DNA of 64,000 bases from Lama glama (Eukaryota), in the NCBI GenBank assembly GCA_028534125.1, contig CM052832.1, forward strand, positions 34,534,001 to 34,598,000, written 5' to 3'. A program made the position numbers and the translations under genes. Below the pieces are notes generated by a model. The model saw nothing but the letters and a program-made list of their open reading frames with translations, was not told the DNA's origin and searched no databases. This document shows positions 50,795-63,569 of this stretch, piece after piece; position 1 is the first letter of the stretch; every line of letters starts with the position of its first letter.

Positions 50795-51510
50795 TTTTTA
50801 AACTTATTTTGGACGTTTTTAGACTTATCAAAATAGAACAGCAAAGCGAAGCTCGTGGCCCAGGGTCTGGCTCCAACAGCCGCGAGCGCACACCGCCCTC
50901 TGCTCCCACCTCCCCGGGAGTCATTGCCTTAAAATAAATCCCAGGCGAATGATCATCTCGTCCACCCACAGATCAGATAAGGACCGATTTCTTGAAAAAC
51001 GTAACCTCAATACCATTATCAGAGTTGGAAAAGATGAATAATTCCTTATTTTGTCAGCTATCCAGTCAGTGTTCAGAATCCCTTTTGGACGGCTTGTTCA
51101 GATCAGGGCTCTGCGGGGCCTGCGCTTTGCTTTGGCTTTTGCTGTGTCTCGAGGGTGCTTCTTTCCTTCCCTGGGCTCCTGTCTCGGGCTGGTCTACTGA
51201 CTGAGTCGGGTGGTGCTGCAGATGTTCTCGCTTCCAGGGCTCCCTGCTGCCTCCTCGTGGTGTCAGTCACCGCCCTGCGCTGTCCTGTGCTTCCTGGGAA
51301 CCCGTGGCTGGTGAGGGCCTGTAGCAGCTTTAGGTCTGACTTTGCTTCACTGTCTGCCACCAGAAGGTCCAGCGCGTTTGGTTGTCTCCCTGTTTGTAAT
51401 GTTAAGACGGATGCTTGCTCCAGCCTTGAACATTTCGGCCTAAACTCTTCATTTACTGGTTTTAGCACTGTTGGTAGTTGTTGCCATGATCCGTTATTTC
51501 CTGAGGGATT
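50795..51510 (-). mobile_element. Old L1 3'-end fragment (L1MC4/L1MC5-like)
   Basis: GATAAGGAC...AAAAACGTAACCTCAATACCATTATCA...AATAATTCCTTA...TATCCAGTCAGTGTTCA matches the recalled L1MC 3' UTR. Confidence 0.7.
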
Positions 51511-54500
51511 ACAAACCCACGGTCGTCGGTCGTTAGCTGAAACAAAATTAAAACTCAAGAATTCTGCAGGCTGGCTGCTCTGAAGTGCAGTTCACGTGGA
51601 AAAGGCGGGTAGTGCTTGATCTTTCTCTCCGTTTAGTTTCCAGAGCGAGCAGGTTCCCTCATGTTTTCTAAATGTGATCGACAAGGTGCTTTTTATGTTT
51701 TAATTGTCTTTATTAACCCGGGGCTTGAGCATGTTTAACGCGTTTCAGTTCGTTGTCGTGGCTGCTGTGATTTAGTTATCAAGCTGTTCCCTCCCTGGCT
51801 GGGGACCCTGTCCACCCGGCCCCCGAGGCCCCCTGCTCGCTGGTGGTCCGGGCGTCACACCCACCGTGTGCTCTTGCCCCAGGCATGGAGCCGGCCGTCG
51901 GGCAGGAGTGAAGAGGTGAGACAGGCGGGAGCGTCTCATCTACTCCCTGCTCACCGTTCCCCGTCCTCCCTCGCGCTCCAGCTCCCCTGCAACACTCACA
52001 CTCTCCTTGGGTCTCGTCCGAAGTCCACTGTGTGATCGGACAGCAGTCCCGGGACCTGGTGGTGGCTCGGGCTCCAGGAGCACCGGCGGCCTGTTCCCTG
52101 ACGTCCTGGGTCCTGCCAGGCGGGCGGTGACAGGCTGCGTCCCGTCCGAGCGTCCCTCTGGCCTCTTGCGTGTCTGCTCTGTCATGACGAGCCTGAGGCC
52201 CCGCGACCCCGAGGCCCTGTGGGAGGGTCCTGACCGTTCTCCTCACCCGATTCTGTCCAGTTACGACCTGAGTCGTCTACTGAAATTCGCTTGCGCACTA
52301 CGCGACCGAGCCTCACGGAAAATGGGATGGGGGTCGCATAGGTGTTCCTTCGTTTTCGTCCCTTCTTCATCTCAGCGCTTTATTATTTCGTGTGACCTTG
52401 GCTGCCTTTGGGGGTGACGGTCTCCCTGGATTTATAGGTACCTGTCCTCAGACTGTTCTGGGTGGGAGGTTATAAAGGGCTGTGGGGGGTCTGCCTCTGG
52501 GGCCTCCGCCCTTGGCTCACCCGCTGAGTCAGCACGGAAGCACGTGAACCCACCCGTTCTGGGAGAGGACGCGCTCCTGTCGAATTTGGAGAGGAAAACT
52601 AAGCCGCAGAGTGGGTTTTGTGTGATTCGTGCCCCCCGACCCGTCACAGACCCGGGTCAGAAGCGCCGTCTGTCTCCAGGCACCGGGAGAGCTCCAGAGG
52701 CGCCGCGTGCGCTGAGTGAGCATCTTCTCCCAGTGACACACGGCAGAGGCCGACCCGCTCAGTGATGAGCTGTTTTGTGGCTGTTTAACCCCTGCATCGC
52801 AGTGGGAAACCTGCGTGTGTTTTTAGAACCACGGCGTCCGGAGTGTTTCCTGGGAGTCCACAGCAGGCCTGGAGGGGCTCGGAGGCCGCAGCTGAGGACA
52901 CTGGGCCGGGGCCGCTGGGGCCCGTTCGGCCGACGGAACAGAGCCTTTCCTCTCTGTCTCAGTTCATCAGCAAGTTGACGTGGGTGGGAAACCCTCCCTG
53001 GTGTGAACAGACCAGCAGTGGCGCCCTGAGCCCGTAGGTTCTCAGTGACGGGAGCAGTACATCAGTAAGGCAGCTGCCTGGAGGCGCCGACTCGACGCCG
53101 TGAGCGCAGCCTTCACGCTGCGCAGGAGGCCGGCTCGGGCGGTGTCTCCTTTCAGACCGCTTTCTGCTAGTGTCTCATACTGATAATTAGACGCTTGAGT
53201 GGCGCCCCATGTAGATGCGTAGACATGACCCGTTTGAAAACCCACTTTCGTTTGTGCACAGGCTGTCACTTCTGACTGCAGTGCTGTGACAGCCTGTGAT
53301 TAGGGTAACGGGGACCGAGGGTCTGCGTGGAACGAGTCCCTGAGCGAGTTTGTGTGATGATACATTTTACGGAACCACAGAGATGCCTTCAGCGACTTGG
53401 GGTGTGATGGAAGTGAAAGGAATTAATACTCCTGTATGCACGGTTGGGTTGTGCCAATGAAAGGAGAAATCGGTGTATGTTCTTGGGCGTTTGTCTTCTT
53501 TGTGCTATGCCTCTTCTATTCCAAGGAGAACAGGTATATAAATCCTTTCGTTTAAAATGAGAGCACGTGCTGCTTTGGACATGTGGGCCTGTATCCAGCA
53601 AGACTGCACATAAACTAATGCTGACAATGAAGTGTTTTTGTGGAACACCCAGTCCTGCCTTCTCTTCCAGTTGGAAAACCAGCACAGCCGCCGGAGATAA
53701 ACAGGGACATCACCTGTTTATGCATAGGAGACGCGGACGCTGGTGTCCGCCGCGGCTCCGCCTGAAGGCCCACAATCTGGAAACAGCTAGGTGTCCGCCA
53801 GCACAGCATAGGTGCCTACACCCCACGCGCTTGTCCTGTGAAGTCCTGGTCGTGGAGGGGAGGCCTCCTGCACGACAGCGGGGCCGGGTGTGGGGCATGC
53901 GAGCCTAGGCCGGGAGGTGACCCCCAGGGACGGTCCTTGACGGGAGGGGAGCGGGGGACAGAGGCCCGTGTCTCGACCTGGACGCCAGTCGCACGTGTGT
54001 GCGGCACACACACGAGGTCTCTGTACCTCCCTGCGTGTACAGTCCATGCGGCCAGTTGCCACCTCTTCCTGGCCCACGCTTTCCTGCACACGTGGCGCTT
54101 TTCCAGCTCTGGAAGCCACTCAGTCCAGGTCTCCAGCAAAACGCCCTCAGACTCAGACCGCTAAGCCACCGACTTCAGAGCAGAAACTCTTTCTGTTCTG
54201 TTAAATGTAAAACGTAGGGCAGTTGGTTGTTTGGACCACGTTAAGTTCATCAGTGCCTTCTTCCTCCCCAGGGCGGGCGGCCCTGCGGGCAGATGTGCTC
54301 GGCGGCCGGGGCCTGAGGGCCAGCCTGGCTCCGGCTCTTTCCCGGCCCTGTGCCAAGGGGGCGCCTCTGTGAGCTGAGGTCCCAGAGGGACCACCGTGAT
54401 CAGACCCCCCCACCCACACTGGCCACGTCCGACGGACAAGGAGAATGTCTGCCCCGTCTCAGCTGCTGGCATTTGCGGCCGGCTTCTGCCTTTAGCACAA

Positions 54501-56376
54501 CTGAGCTTATTTAAGCCAGTAAAGTAACCTTTGTCTCCTCTTCCTCTCCCTTTCCTGGTATGTTTCTCTTGATCATAGAGCGTGGGATACGTAATGTGCA
54601 TGTGTTTGTGCAGACCGTGTGTTTGTAAGTTCACGTGCTGTATGGTTCTATAACGTGTGAGCGTGATGGCACCTGTCTCTAAATTAAGAGACTGTTTAAA
54701 TTGGTGTCTGTTACAGTCGTGCACACACTCACTCATTAACATAATGTATCGAGGGCTCCGTGACCTGCAGAGTCAGAGGGGCTGCTCCTCTGGGCGGCCT
54801 CTCCCACACGGCCCCCGGCCGCCTCTGCACCCGCCAGGGGACGTCCGCTCCCTTAAGGGGCTCTCAGCACAGAGCGGCAGCGCACTGTGTTCAGGGGCCC
54901 GCGGAGGCCCGGGTGAGGCCCCCGTGCAGGTGCCGTGACACGCCCCTCCGGTCACGGCACGGGGATGGAAACAGAGCCCCGTTTCATGGTTTTGAAAGCT
55001 TATAGCATTGAAGACTGAGTATGAAACACCATTTTGCTCTGGTTTGTATTGAAAATCTTACAAATTTACGAACATACTTCATTTCAGTCCGCTTTGAAAT
55101 AAAAGTGTTACCGTTTAACCGTCACCTTCATGCACGCTGTCACATTGTGTCGTCCCCACAGCCTCGCTGGGCCGAGGTCCACTTGGCAGATTTTTCAGGC
55201 GTGGAGAATCAGGAAGGTCCATGGCTTGTTCAGAGTGGCGCAGCCTGCCTTCCGCCCAGTTCCCTCTCCAGGTTGTGGCTCGGTCTTCTAACGGGAGAAG
55301 CGTGTCGGGTGGGGAGGTGGGTCAGGCCAGGTGGGTCACAGCTCTGTGTGGTCTCACACACCCTAATACTGTCGACACTTGGACTAGAAACCACCTTTCT
55401 CCTTCCCCTGCCTGGGTGTGTCAGCCAGCCGAGAGTGGCCCTCGGGCTTCACCCCAGGCTCGCACAGCACGGACGGCAGGGGCAGCGAGAGGACCGTGCA
55501 AGTGGCCACTCGCCCTCTGCGACCGGCAGAGACTCCGAGACCAGCGGGAGCATTTCAGAGAGTGGCAGTCGTGAGATTCAGTCACGTGGTGAAGGTCCCA
55601 GGAAGAAGAAAGGGTTGCATCGTTTGGGGGTAAAGAAGCCGCACAAAACCGTTGGCAGGCCCTCCAGTGACGGAAGCATCAGAGTGGGCAGGGGGGTGGA
55701 AGGGAGCGCCGACGCTGAAGACAGAGCAGCGGACGAGGCATCGTCCAGAAGGTTCTCAGAGCAAAACAGTTTAGACTTCAGGTTTTGGAGCGAGGCAGAG
55801 AAGCCCAGCCCTGTGAATGGAAGGAGCTCCTGTCCCGTGCAGGGTCCCTGGGGCCCGCACGCCGGGTCAGCACAGGGTGCAGGTGATGCCTGCCGGGCCC
55901 TCCGCCGCCGCAGTGCCTGCCAGCCCCGTGTTCCCTGGTCACCGTTCAGCTCCCCGGAGGTGCCGGTCGGAGACACTCCTCCTTATGTAACCGCGGCTGA
56001 CCCCCAGGTCAGCTCACTCTCACAACTCCGCTCTCTCTGGATGATGTCAGTCTCACACGGTGCATGGAGTCGTGCTCCGAGAGCGTGCGGGGCGCCCTGG
56101 CTCTGCTGCACGTGGCAGCCCGGCCTCCAGGACGCGGGGCTGCTCCTCTGCGAGGCACCTGTGTGTCCCCCCGTCAGCCCTGGGGCCACCACAGCCTGGC
56201 TTCTCGCGGGGCGTGTACAGTTAGGACTTAATTGAAGTCATTCTTAGGGAGGAGAAGAACCCCCGGACACGTCGCAGTGTGAAGCCGCTTAGACCTCTGC
56301 GAGGCGCCGCGCGGTCGTGACGGCTCACGGCGCGGAGCAGACGCGTTGCTCGCGGCAAGCCAGCTCTGTTTTCTTG

Positions 56377-56539
56377 TCACTTTCACTTTCCTGACTGAAG
56401 GGACTTTCTAGTGAAAACAGGCTCCACCAAAGGATGGAATTGAAACGAACGAATTTGCCAGTTAATGAAGTTAATCAAACTTGTGCCTGTACGTCTGAAA
56501 TTCAGGGTCTCGGTTTTGAATGTTGAAACCGAGACTCTG
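56377..56539. promoter_or_regulatory. Candidate IRF/NF-kB enhancer module
   Basis: GGAAAGTGAAAGTGA (minus strand), GGGACTTTCT, GGAATTGAAA and GAAACCGAGACT all fall within about 160 bp. Motif evidence only. Confidence 0.4.
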
Positions 56540-59500
56540 CTCACCAAGTGTGTGAAGCCTTTCGTCGTACGTGGGGTTGCTGTATCCACAGTCCGCTCTG
56601 CACTTCGGACTTCAGCTTGGGGATGGGAGAGGCTGTGAGCCCTTGCCCAGAGCTGCTTGTCTGTGACGTCTATGGAGGCTGAACTCGTAGGAATAGAAAT
56701 CCCTTCTCACAAATGGAAAAAAATAAGCCAGGAAATACTTTTACAGTCATTTTTGCTGCCGGTGGTGTTTTCTGTTTTTACAGGGAGAAGTTTTCCTGTT
56801 CGTGGAAGTCGTATCAATTAAAGCCAAAAAAAAGAGAACCCTGAGAAGGAAAGCAGAAGGCTGAAGCGGTGGGGCTGCCTTCTCGTGTTCCGCCCCAAAG
56901 GGTCTCCTTTCCCCACAGGCATTCGTTTAAAAGTCGCTCCTGGGGCAGAGGACGTTTATCAATTTAGGAGGAGACAATTAGGAGGGTTTAAGGAAACGTG
57001 GACTGGAACCTGGGGCCTGGGCCTGAAGCCCTTTCTCTGCTCAGGGCAGTCAGGCCTTTCTGCCTGACGGTCTCGATACAGTTTCTGGGTACGTTTTTTA
57101 ATAGGCGGTAATTTCGGTATTGTGTCTTCAGAGTACAATTGAATAGGTAATTTATCTGAAAAAAAATACCCCGAAGTTCTTTCATGTAGTGTTTCAGTTT
57201 GACCCAAAAAAAGTACATTGTGGGATATTTATAGTATTTTTCAATCTATTTTTATCTGTAGACGAGGACTAGTAACTGATTTAGGGCACAGGGTTAAAAA
57301 CAGGAAATGTGGTTTATAAAGGAGGCAGCATCTCCAGAGTTTCCAGAGTTAGATTCGGTGGTGTTGACTGAGTGTCGTGGTTCAAAACAAGTCGGGCAGG
57401 GCGCCTGGGCCGCGTGTCTGGAGGACGTGACCGGAAATGCTTCTGCTCAGGTGGTGCACAGGTGTTTCTGTAAGTGCCCATCCTCAGACGCTGCGCAGTC
57501 GGGTGAGGTCTGCATCTTGTGTGACTTACAGTAAATTTCCTTTGACCTCTGCATTTTGCTTAAATCTTTCTCCCAGTGTTTTAATGGAAAGTTTTGTCAC
57601 CATCGTAGTTGGGGAGCATTTATTCAGGTTGTTATTAATTATAGTAACGAGAGAGTCCAAGTTAAGAAAGTAAAAAGGCTTGAAGAAGCAGTTTAAATTT
57701 GAATGGCCTTTTCAGCGACAGGCTGGCAGGACCGTCAAAGCCCACAGCCCCTGGCTCGGCAGATCTGCTCCTAGGAGGTGCCGCGAGTGAGCTGTGCTAT
57801 GGGAGCGAGGGGCCGGCAGCCACCGCAGCGCTGCTTACAGCAGTCCATCCTGAAGGGCCCCGGGGCTGTCGAGTGGCGGGAGAGCAGGTTACCAGAAAAT
57901 GGAATAAAGCGCAACATGAGATGAGCAGATGGACACATAGACGGAGAGCAGGCCCTCACGGCCGTCCCTGCCGCGGGACACGGGGCCGCCGCTGAAGGGC
58001 GCAGCCTGCCACGCAGTGTGGAGCGAGGTCAGCAAGTTTAAGAAGAGAGTGTGTAGTGTGACCCGTTTTTAGGGGAAGACTTCCCTTCAGAGGAGAAGGT
58101 CTGGAAGACTATGCCGCACACTAGGGAGGAGGATGAAGCCTCGGTCGGGTCAGAAGAGCCCCTGCTCTGCTCTTTACCGCGGCGTGGAAGCCCTGGAGAG
58201 GCCCGCTGGCAGCTTGTCCAGACCCTTCATTCTAGGAAGAATCAAATCCGCCTGTATCACACTTTCTGTTTCACAAGAAGCATTCCACATACTTCAGAGA
58301 AAGCCGGAAGCTTCGGTGGATTAAATTAACTGACTTTCCAGGCAGAATTTGAATCCAGGCCATTCCGTGCTCCCCGCCCGCGGCCTGTTAGGGGCGCTTC
58401 CCGTGGGGTGGGCACGGGCGCCTCCCCTCGGCCGTCGGGGCCCGGCCTCCGCGGCCCTCTGTCTGCCCGTGTGGGCTTCCCTGCTGCCCAGCGGTGCTGT
58501 GCATGCACTTGCCTTCTTGGGGGCCCTGTGGGCGAGGCGACCGTGTTGCCCTAAGCCTGGGGGTGCCCCGCTGCGGGGAGGGGCTTTGTTTGCTGCGGGC
58601 TTGTTCTGCCCCCGCCCACGGGGTCGAACCTGGCGTGTAACAGTCAGAGGCGCTCGGGAAAAATTTCACTAGTTATTCCAAACCCAAGTGTGCTCCCTAT
58701 TTGATTAAAACAGGAAACTGACAAATAGAGCAAGAAAGGAGACTCCTTCCCCACTGTCGTGTGTGAGAAACGCGGCTCTCGTCGTTCACAGAGGTGCCCT
58801 GAGGCCTGGCGCCCTCCGTCCGGAGAAGCCCACCCTGCGAGGGGCCCAGAGCCTCCTGCTCAGCAGACGTGGGCCTGACGTCTCCCGGGGACTTCCCGCC
58901 GGGCCAGCGGCGAGCTGCTCGGTGGCAGTCTGGACCGACGCTGTGTGGGTGGGGACGCTTCCTGGGCCAGGTATCGTGACACGTTGTGATCTCACACTCG
59001 GAGAGCAGAGGAGACAGCATCGCCCGTGCTTAGAAGCCGCTCGCTCCCGCATGTGAACAACATGGAAAGTTGTGGGGGCTTATCTGTGAGGAACCTTCTT
59101 GAAAACAACACACGGTGCTGCATCAGAAGCAGGTAGCATCAGCCCGCGTGCCTCGCCCATCTGCCTCCCTGAGTGTCCACGCCTCCGGCAGCCGTGGCGC
59201 CCTCAGTCCTGGGCGCAGTGAGGTTTATTACTTGGAGCAGCTGTTTGCTTAAGGATGTGGCTGGAAAAATACAGCACATTGGAGAACAAATGTATTTAGC
59301 TTCAGCAGTATTCTCTCCTACTTTCTTTATTTGAGTTGTGTTTTTCAAATGGATCCTGACAATTATTTCAAAAAGACTGCCTTATTTCCCTAAGTCCTGT
59401 GAGAGGGAGGGATGTGCTTCAGCAGAGAGCGCCTCTTTCGCACAAACACCCAGGCGTTTGCATTTTTAGCGGACGGCTCAGGTGTCGGTCACAGATCCGA

Positions 59501-60785
59501 CAACGCTGCGTGTGCCGCGCTTCCCTCCTGTGTTTGTTCACTCGTGAACCCACTTTTCAGCTAAGAGAGTAAAGTCCTAGGGGCTTAGTAGTGAGCAGGG
59601 CATACGTGGCCTTTGCCTTATTGACTTTGTTTTTCATAAACACTATGGAGACAAGCAGACAGGGGACCCTGTGCTTGCGGAGTTGGCAGCGGAGCAGGGA
59701 GATGGGTGTGAGCCAGGTGTCACCAGCGCCGTGAGGATGTGAGGGGAATGAGTGCAGCCCCGGGACACGGGGAAGGGTGCAGCCAGCAAGCTGCCCCCTT
59801 GGCCAATGGCCTGCCGTCCTCTGAGAGCTGCTGCTGTGTTTAAGAAGTGCTGTCAGTGTTCGGGGAGGAGGAGCCTTTGGTCAGAGCCACGGGAGCTCGC
59901 CTGGGGTGACCGGCGGGTCGGAGCCCAGCACCAGCTTCTGCCGGCCAGGCACACCTGCTGTTCTCGCTGGCTCAGGCCGAGGCTCAGATGCCACCTGGGA
60001 GCCAGGGCGCCTCCACCACTGTGTGCGCCATCCACCGTGCTTTCCAGAACCGTTGCAGAGTGTGGCCAGAGCACTGCACTGCTCTTGCGGCTTCCAGTGA
60101 GTCCTATGGGGGTGTGGGAGGGTGTGCACACATGCGCGGCACTCCCTCTGGGCCATACACACACGCTCGCCTGTCCGGAGGTCGCTGGTGGCCCTCCGGA
60201 GAGCGGCACCCGCTGTGGGCAACAGGCACAGCCAGTGCGCTGTCCAGACTCGTGCACCGTGTTTCAGGGACGAGCCGGTGTGTTTTCCCGGTGGTCGTGC
60301 CTCTTGCTTGTCTGTTTACGTCGTTGCTCAGGAGGTGGCCCCAAGGCCCACGGACCCCCGGAGACTGCCGCTGGGTGCGCGGCCTCGGTGGGGTCACATC
60401 TGCCTTGCTCATGTGTGGCCCTTGGCATCCGTCTCCGCCATGCTGAGTAGCCGGTCACGTGGACGGCAGGTCCTCCCCAGCGCCGCTGCCACTCAGCCGT
60501 GACTTTGCGGAGCCGAGTCCCCTCCTGTGGTGATGAGGAGTTCTCAGCTGTGCAGTCCATTCTGGGATCGAGGACTCGTCCACTCGAACTTGCTTTACAG
60601 AATCAGGAGAGATGCATCTTTCTCAAAAGTTCTTCCCAGAAATAACTTTTAAGATCAAAGTAGTCATTTCTACGTAATAATTTGACTTCCCCGTTTGGAA
60701 GTGAGATGCTCTTGTAGGCATTTAGCATGTGTTTTATACACTTCGGAAGATACCCTTCCCCTGGTTTTTGTTCGGGGGAGGGTGG

Positions 60786-60814
60786 GCGTGTGTGTGTGTG
60801 TGTGCGCGTGTGCG
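60786..60814. repeat. (TG)n microsatellite
   Basis: gcgtgtgtgtgtgtgtgtgcgcgtgtgcg. Confidence 0.9.
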
Positions 60815-61072
60815 TTCCTGGATGTGAAGAAACGGAAGACAGTTTTAAATGTCAGTGTTGAAGCAGACCCCTGAGCAGGTGCGAAGGACAGAAGCAGCAG
60901 CAGAAGTGGGAAAGCAGTGACGGGGACTCCTAAGCAGGTTGCCCTCTCTGCCACGTGCACGAGACTGGCCCTTGGCCCCTGGGGTCTCGGGGGGAGGCAG
61001 CCGTGTGCTGTGGCTTTGTTCCTCCCGGGGGCTCCAGTGCAGCCTGCTCACCGCCTCCCCGTCTGCTTCCAG

Positions 61073-61128
61073 GTGTCAGGAACTACCTGAAGGAGGCCGT
61101 GGTCAGCATCATCGCCGTGCACGCAGAG
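61073..61128 (+). CDS. EXOC2: EXOC2 exon ~24 (56 nt)
   Basis: cttccag|GT GTC AGG...GCA GAG|gtaggt; encodes VRNYLKEAVVSIIAVHAE. Confidence 0.96.
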
Positions 61129-62952
61129 GTAGGTCGCGAGAGCGTCCCCCAGGCCTCGGGCACTGGGAGGAAGGGGGCAGATCTGGTGGCTCCTCTGGTC
61201 CTTCCCTCCAGACTGTATCTCAGGTATGAACAACCCCTTCCATGCCCAAAGGTGTGTGTTTTTACTGTGAGAGTTCTCCTCTGAAGTTGAGTATTTTTTC
61301 TCGTAATTAAGCCAGACTCGGTAATATTTGAAAAATAAAGAGAAGAGAGGTTGAAAGGGTGCGTGTCCCCCACTTGGAAACTCTCCACCCTCCTGAGGCA
61401 CAGCGTGCCAGTCTCACAGCCACATGGCCTCTCAGAGACGCAGGCTCCCCGGACCGTGGTTCCCCCCCCACCTGCCCTCACGGGGAGCACGGCACCCCGG
61501 GCTCCATGAGTGGCCTTTGAGGAGAGAAGAGACCACAGCCGCCACGTTTGTTCACTCTGACCGCCCTTGTCACCCGCAGTCCTGGCCTCGGGTTGGCTGC
61601 GGGCTGTGGATGGAAGGGCGCCGGGTAAGGCGGGCCCAGCAAGGGGTCTCGGCAGAGGGTCTGCTGCAGTGAGCGCGGGCGCAGGGACCTCAGAAGGGCA
61701 TCAGGGTCACACCTCCCTCCGCATCACCCTCATCGTCCCAGGTGTCCAGTGTCCTGGAGGCGCATGGGCCGTAGAGGCCGAGCGGGAGGGTGAGCACTGG
61801 AGGTGGGCGCTGCCTCCTGCCGGAGCCTGGCTCTGAACTGGACACGTGTGTTCCATTTCTTAGTGTGGAAAGCATCTAAATTCCTGCATAAAGTAGTTTT
61901 TGTAGATTTAACTCAGGCAGAAGTTTATCAACATACATCTTTTTATAACGTGATATAGTTTCCACTGCGGTTTTGTCAGAGACATCTAAAAACGCTTTCT
62001 TGTTAGGTTAGCATCCAATAAAGTTAGGGTATAGCGTTCAGTCCTCAGCCACTGAAAACGCTTGTGTAGAGCGGACGGGTGTAGTCAGAGGGATGCGGGC
62101 CTGTGGGCGTGTCCATGGCGCGAGGCTCCTAAAGAGGCAGCTTTGGCTAACGGAGCCCGCTGTCAGTACCTGGGACGTTGTTTGTAAGTACTGGATTTTT
62201 CAAGCCCCCTTTTCATTTATCCCTGTGACTGAAAGTAGAATCTCATTCTTAACGTTTACTGCTCACTAACTGCCATATGATCTTAGCTTGTCTGAAGTTT
62301 TCTTGAACACTCAGGTGATGTTCGTGTCGACCTGAAGGTTCAGTGCAGGTGACTCAATCAAGAAGAAAAAGCTGAAAAGAAAACACGGTTGAGTTTAGCT
62401 TATAGATCAGGGTAGCAAAATGTTCCACCTGATGTCCAAATACAGTCACTCTTAGTTTGAAAACATCAAAATTCAAAGCTTAAAGATGGTGCTTTTATGT
62501 CAGATGAAAAGAAATACGTATTCAGTTCAGCAGACAGTAGAGCCGGGAGCTCTGTTGTCCAACCCAGAGCGGCACACCCAGGGCGAAGTGTTTGTTTTCA
62601 TCTAAGGAGACTCCAATCCAGGGCGCTTCTGGGTCTGTAATTTCCTCTCTAGAAATCATGTTTCTTCTTGTGAAAAGGTCAAGAGAAGAGGAAATTTTAA
62701 AGCAGTTCTAGTTTGTCGCCATCGGTGGCACCTCTCAGTTTGCCAGTGCAGTTTGAGAGAGGAGTTTGTCACGGGTCAGTGACCACAGCTGGAGTGTGAG
62801 CCTGTGTTTCCTTCCACACCGGAGTCTGATCCTGCAGGAACACGGCTTAGAAGAGCTGAGTTATGTTGCCTTGTGATTCCTTTGTTTTTAACAAACTCCG
62901 TCGAGGGAAGTTCCAGTAACGTGTTGTCCCTTCCTCTTTGAACCCCCGCCAG

Positions 62953-63075
62953 GTGTTCGCGGTCTCCAAGGAGCTGGTGCCCCGGGTGCTGTGCAGGGTG
63001 GTGGAGGCCGTCTCCGAGGAGCTGAGCCGGCTCGTGCAGTGTGCCTCGTCCTTCAGCCGGAACGGAGCCCTACAG
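62953..63075 (+). CDS. EXOC2: EXOC2 exon ~25 (123 nt)
   Basis: cgccag|GTG TTC GCG...CTA CAG|gtgccc; encodes [41 protein letters not shown]. Confidence 0.96.
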
Positions 63076-63569
63076 GTGCCCCCGCCTCAGCTCCGGCTTG
63101 AGCTCGTTGTGTGAAACACCGATTCGGGCTTCCTTCCCCAGTCGTGGGACGCGTTCGGGCTTTGTGTTTTCGGGTGGGTCTGCTGGGTGCAGATGAGCCG
63201 CGTCTCCTGCGCGAGCGTCCCCGTGGTATCCCCGCCCCAGGGCTTCGGTCCCGTTAGAGCAGAGCGAGAACTTTGTGATGCTCATCAGCTATCTGACTGC
63301 GGATTCCTTCCAGAGCTCTGTGATTTTCTGTTTGTTCTGCAGTTGTCTTCGCTGCGCTCAGTTTAACAGGACATTTTTAGCCCCTAACTTGTAAGTGGTC
63401 TTTCCAGAGCATTCGGTGTCGTTCGCAGAGGAACAACCAGTACCTGTCTCTTTCTGCTCATATTCCGTTGGTTTACGTTGCATTTGTTTAAATTGTGTAA
63501 TTACAACAACAAATGTAACTTACGTAAACCAGATGATTCTTGGTTTGTGTGTGACAGATTGGCGGGAGC

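Larger units (their letters stand above)
3111..63075 (+). other. EXOC2: EXOC2 (Sec5) gene body, partial: 18 internal coding exons (about exons 8-25); 5' and 3' ends lie outside the window
   Basis: Manually spliced exons give one open frame from [17 protein letters not shown] to [10 protein letters not shown] that matches recalled mammalian EXOC2. Exon lengths are 146, 82, 103, 119, 126, 125, 66, 158, 122, 62, 81, 60, 62, 67, 117, 142, 56 and 123 nt, with consistent phases. Confidence 0.98.

Noticed and set aside
55021-56235. 404-aa ORF in intron 23, the longest in the track
   Set aside because: No recognisable domain or family, and an S/G/R/P/A-rich composition typical of stop-poor GC-rich non-coding DNA. 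A nested gene is unsupported without PhyloCSF or Ribo-seq evidence.
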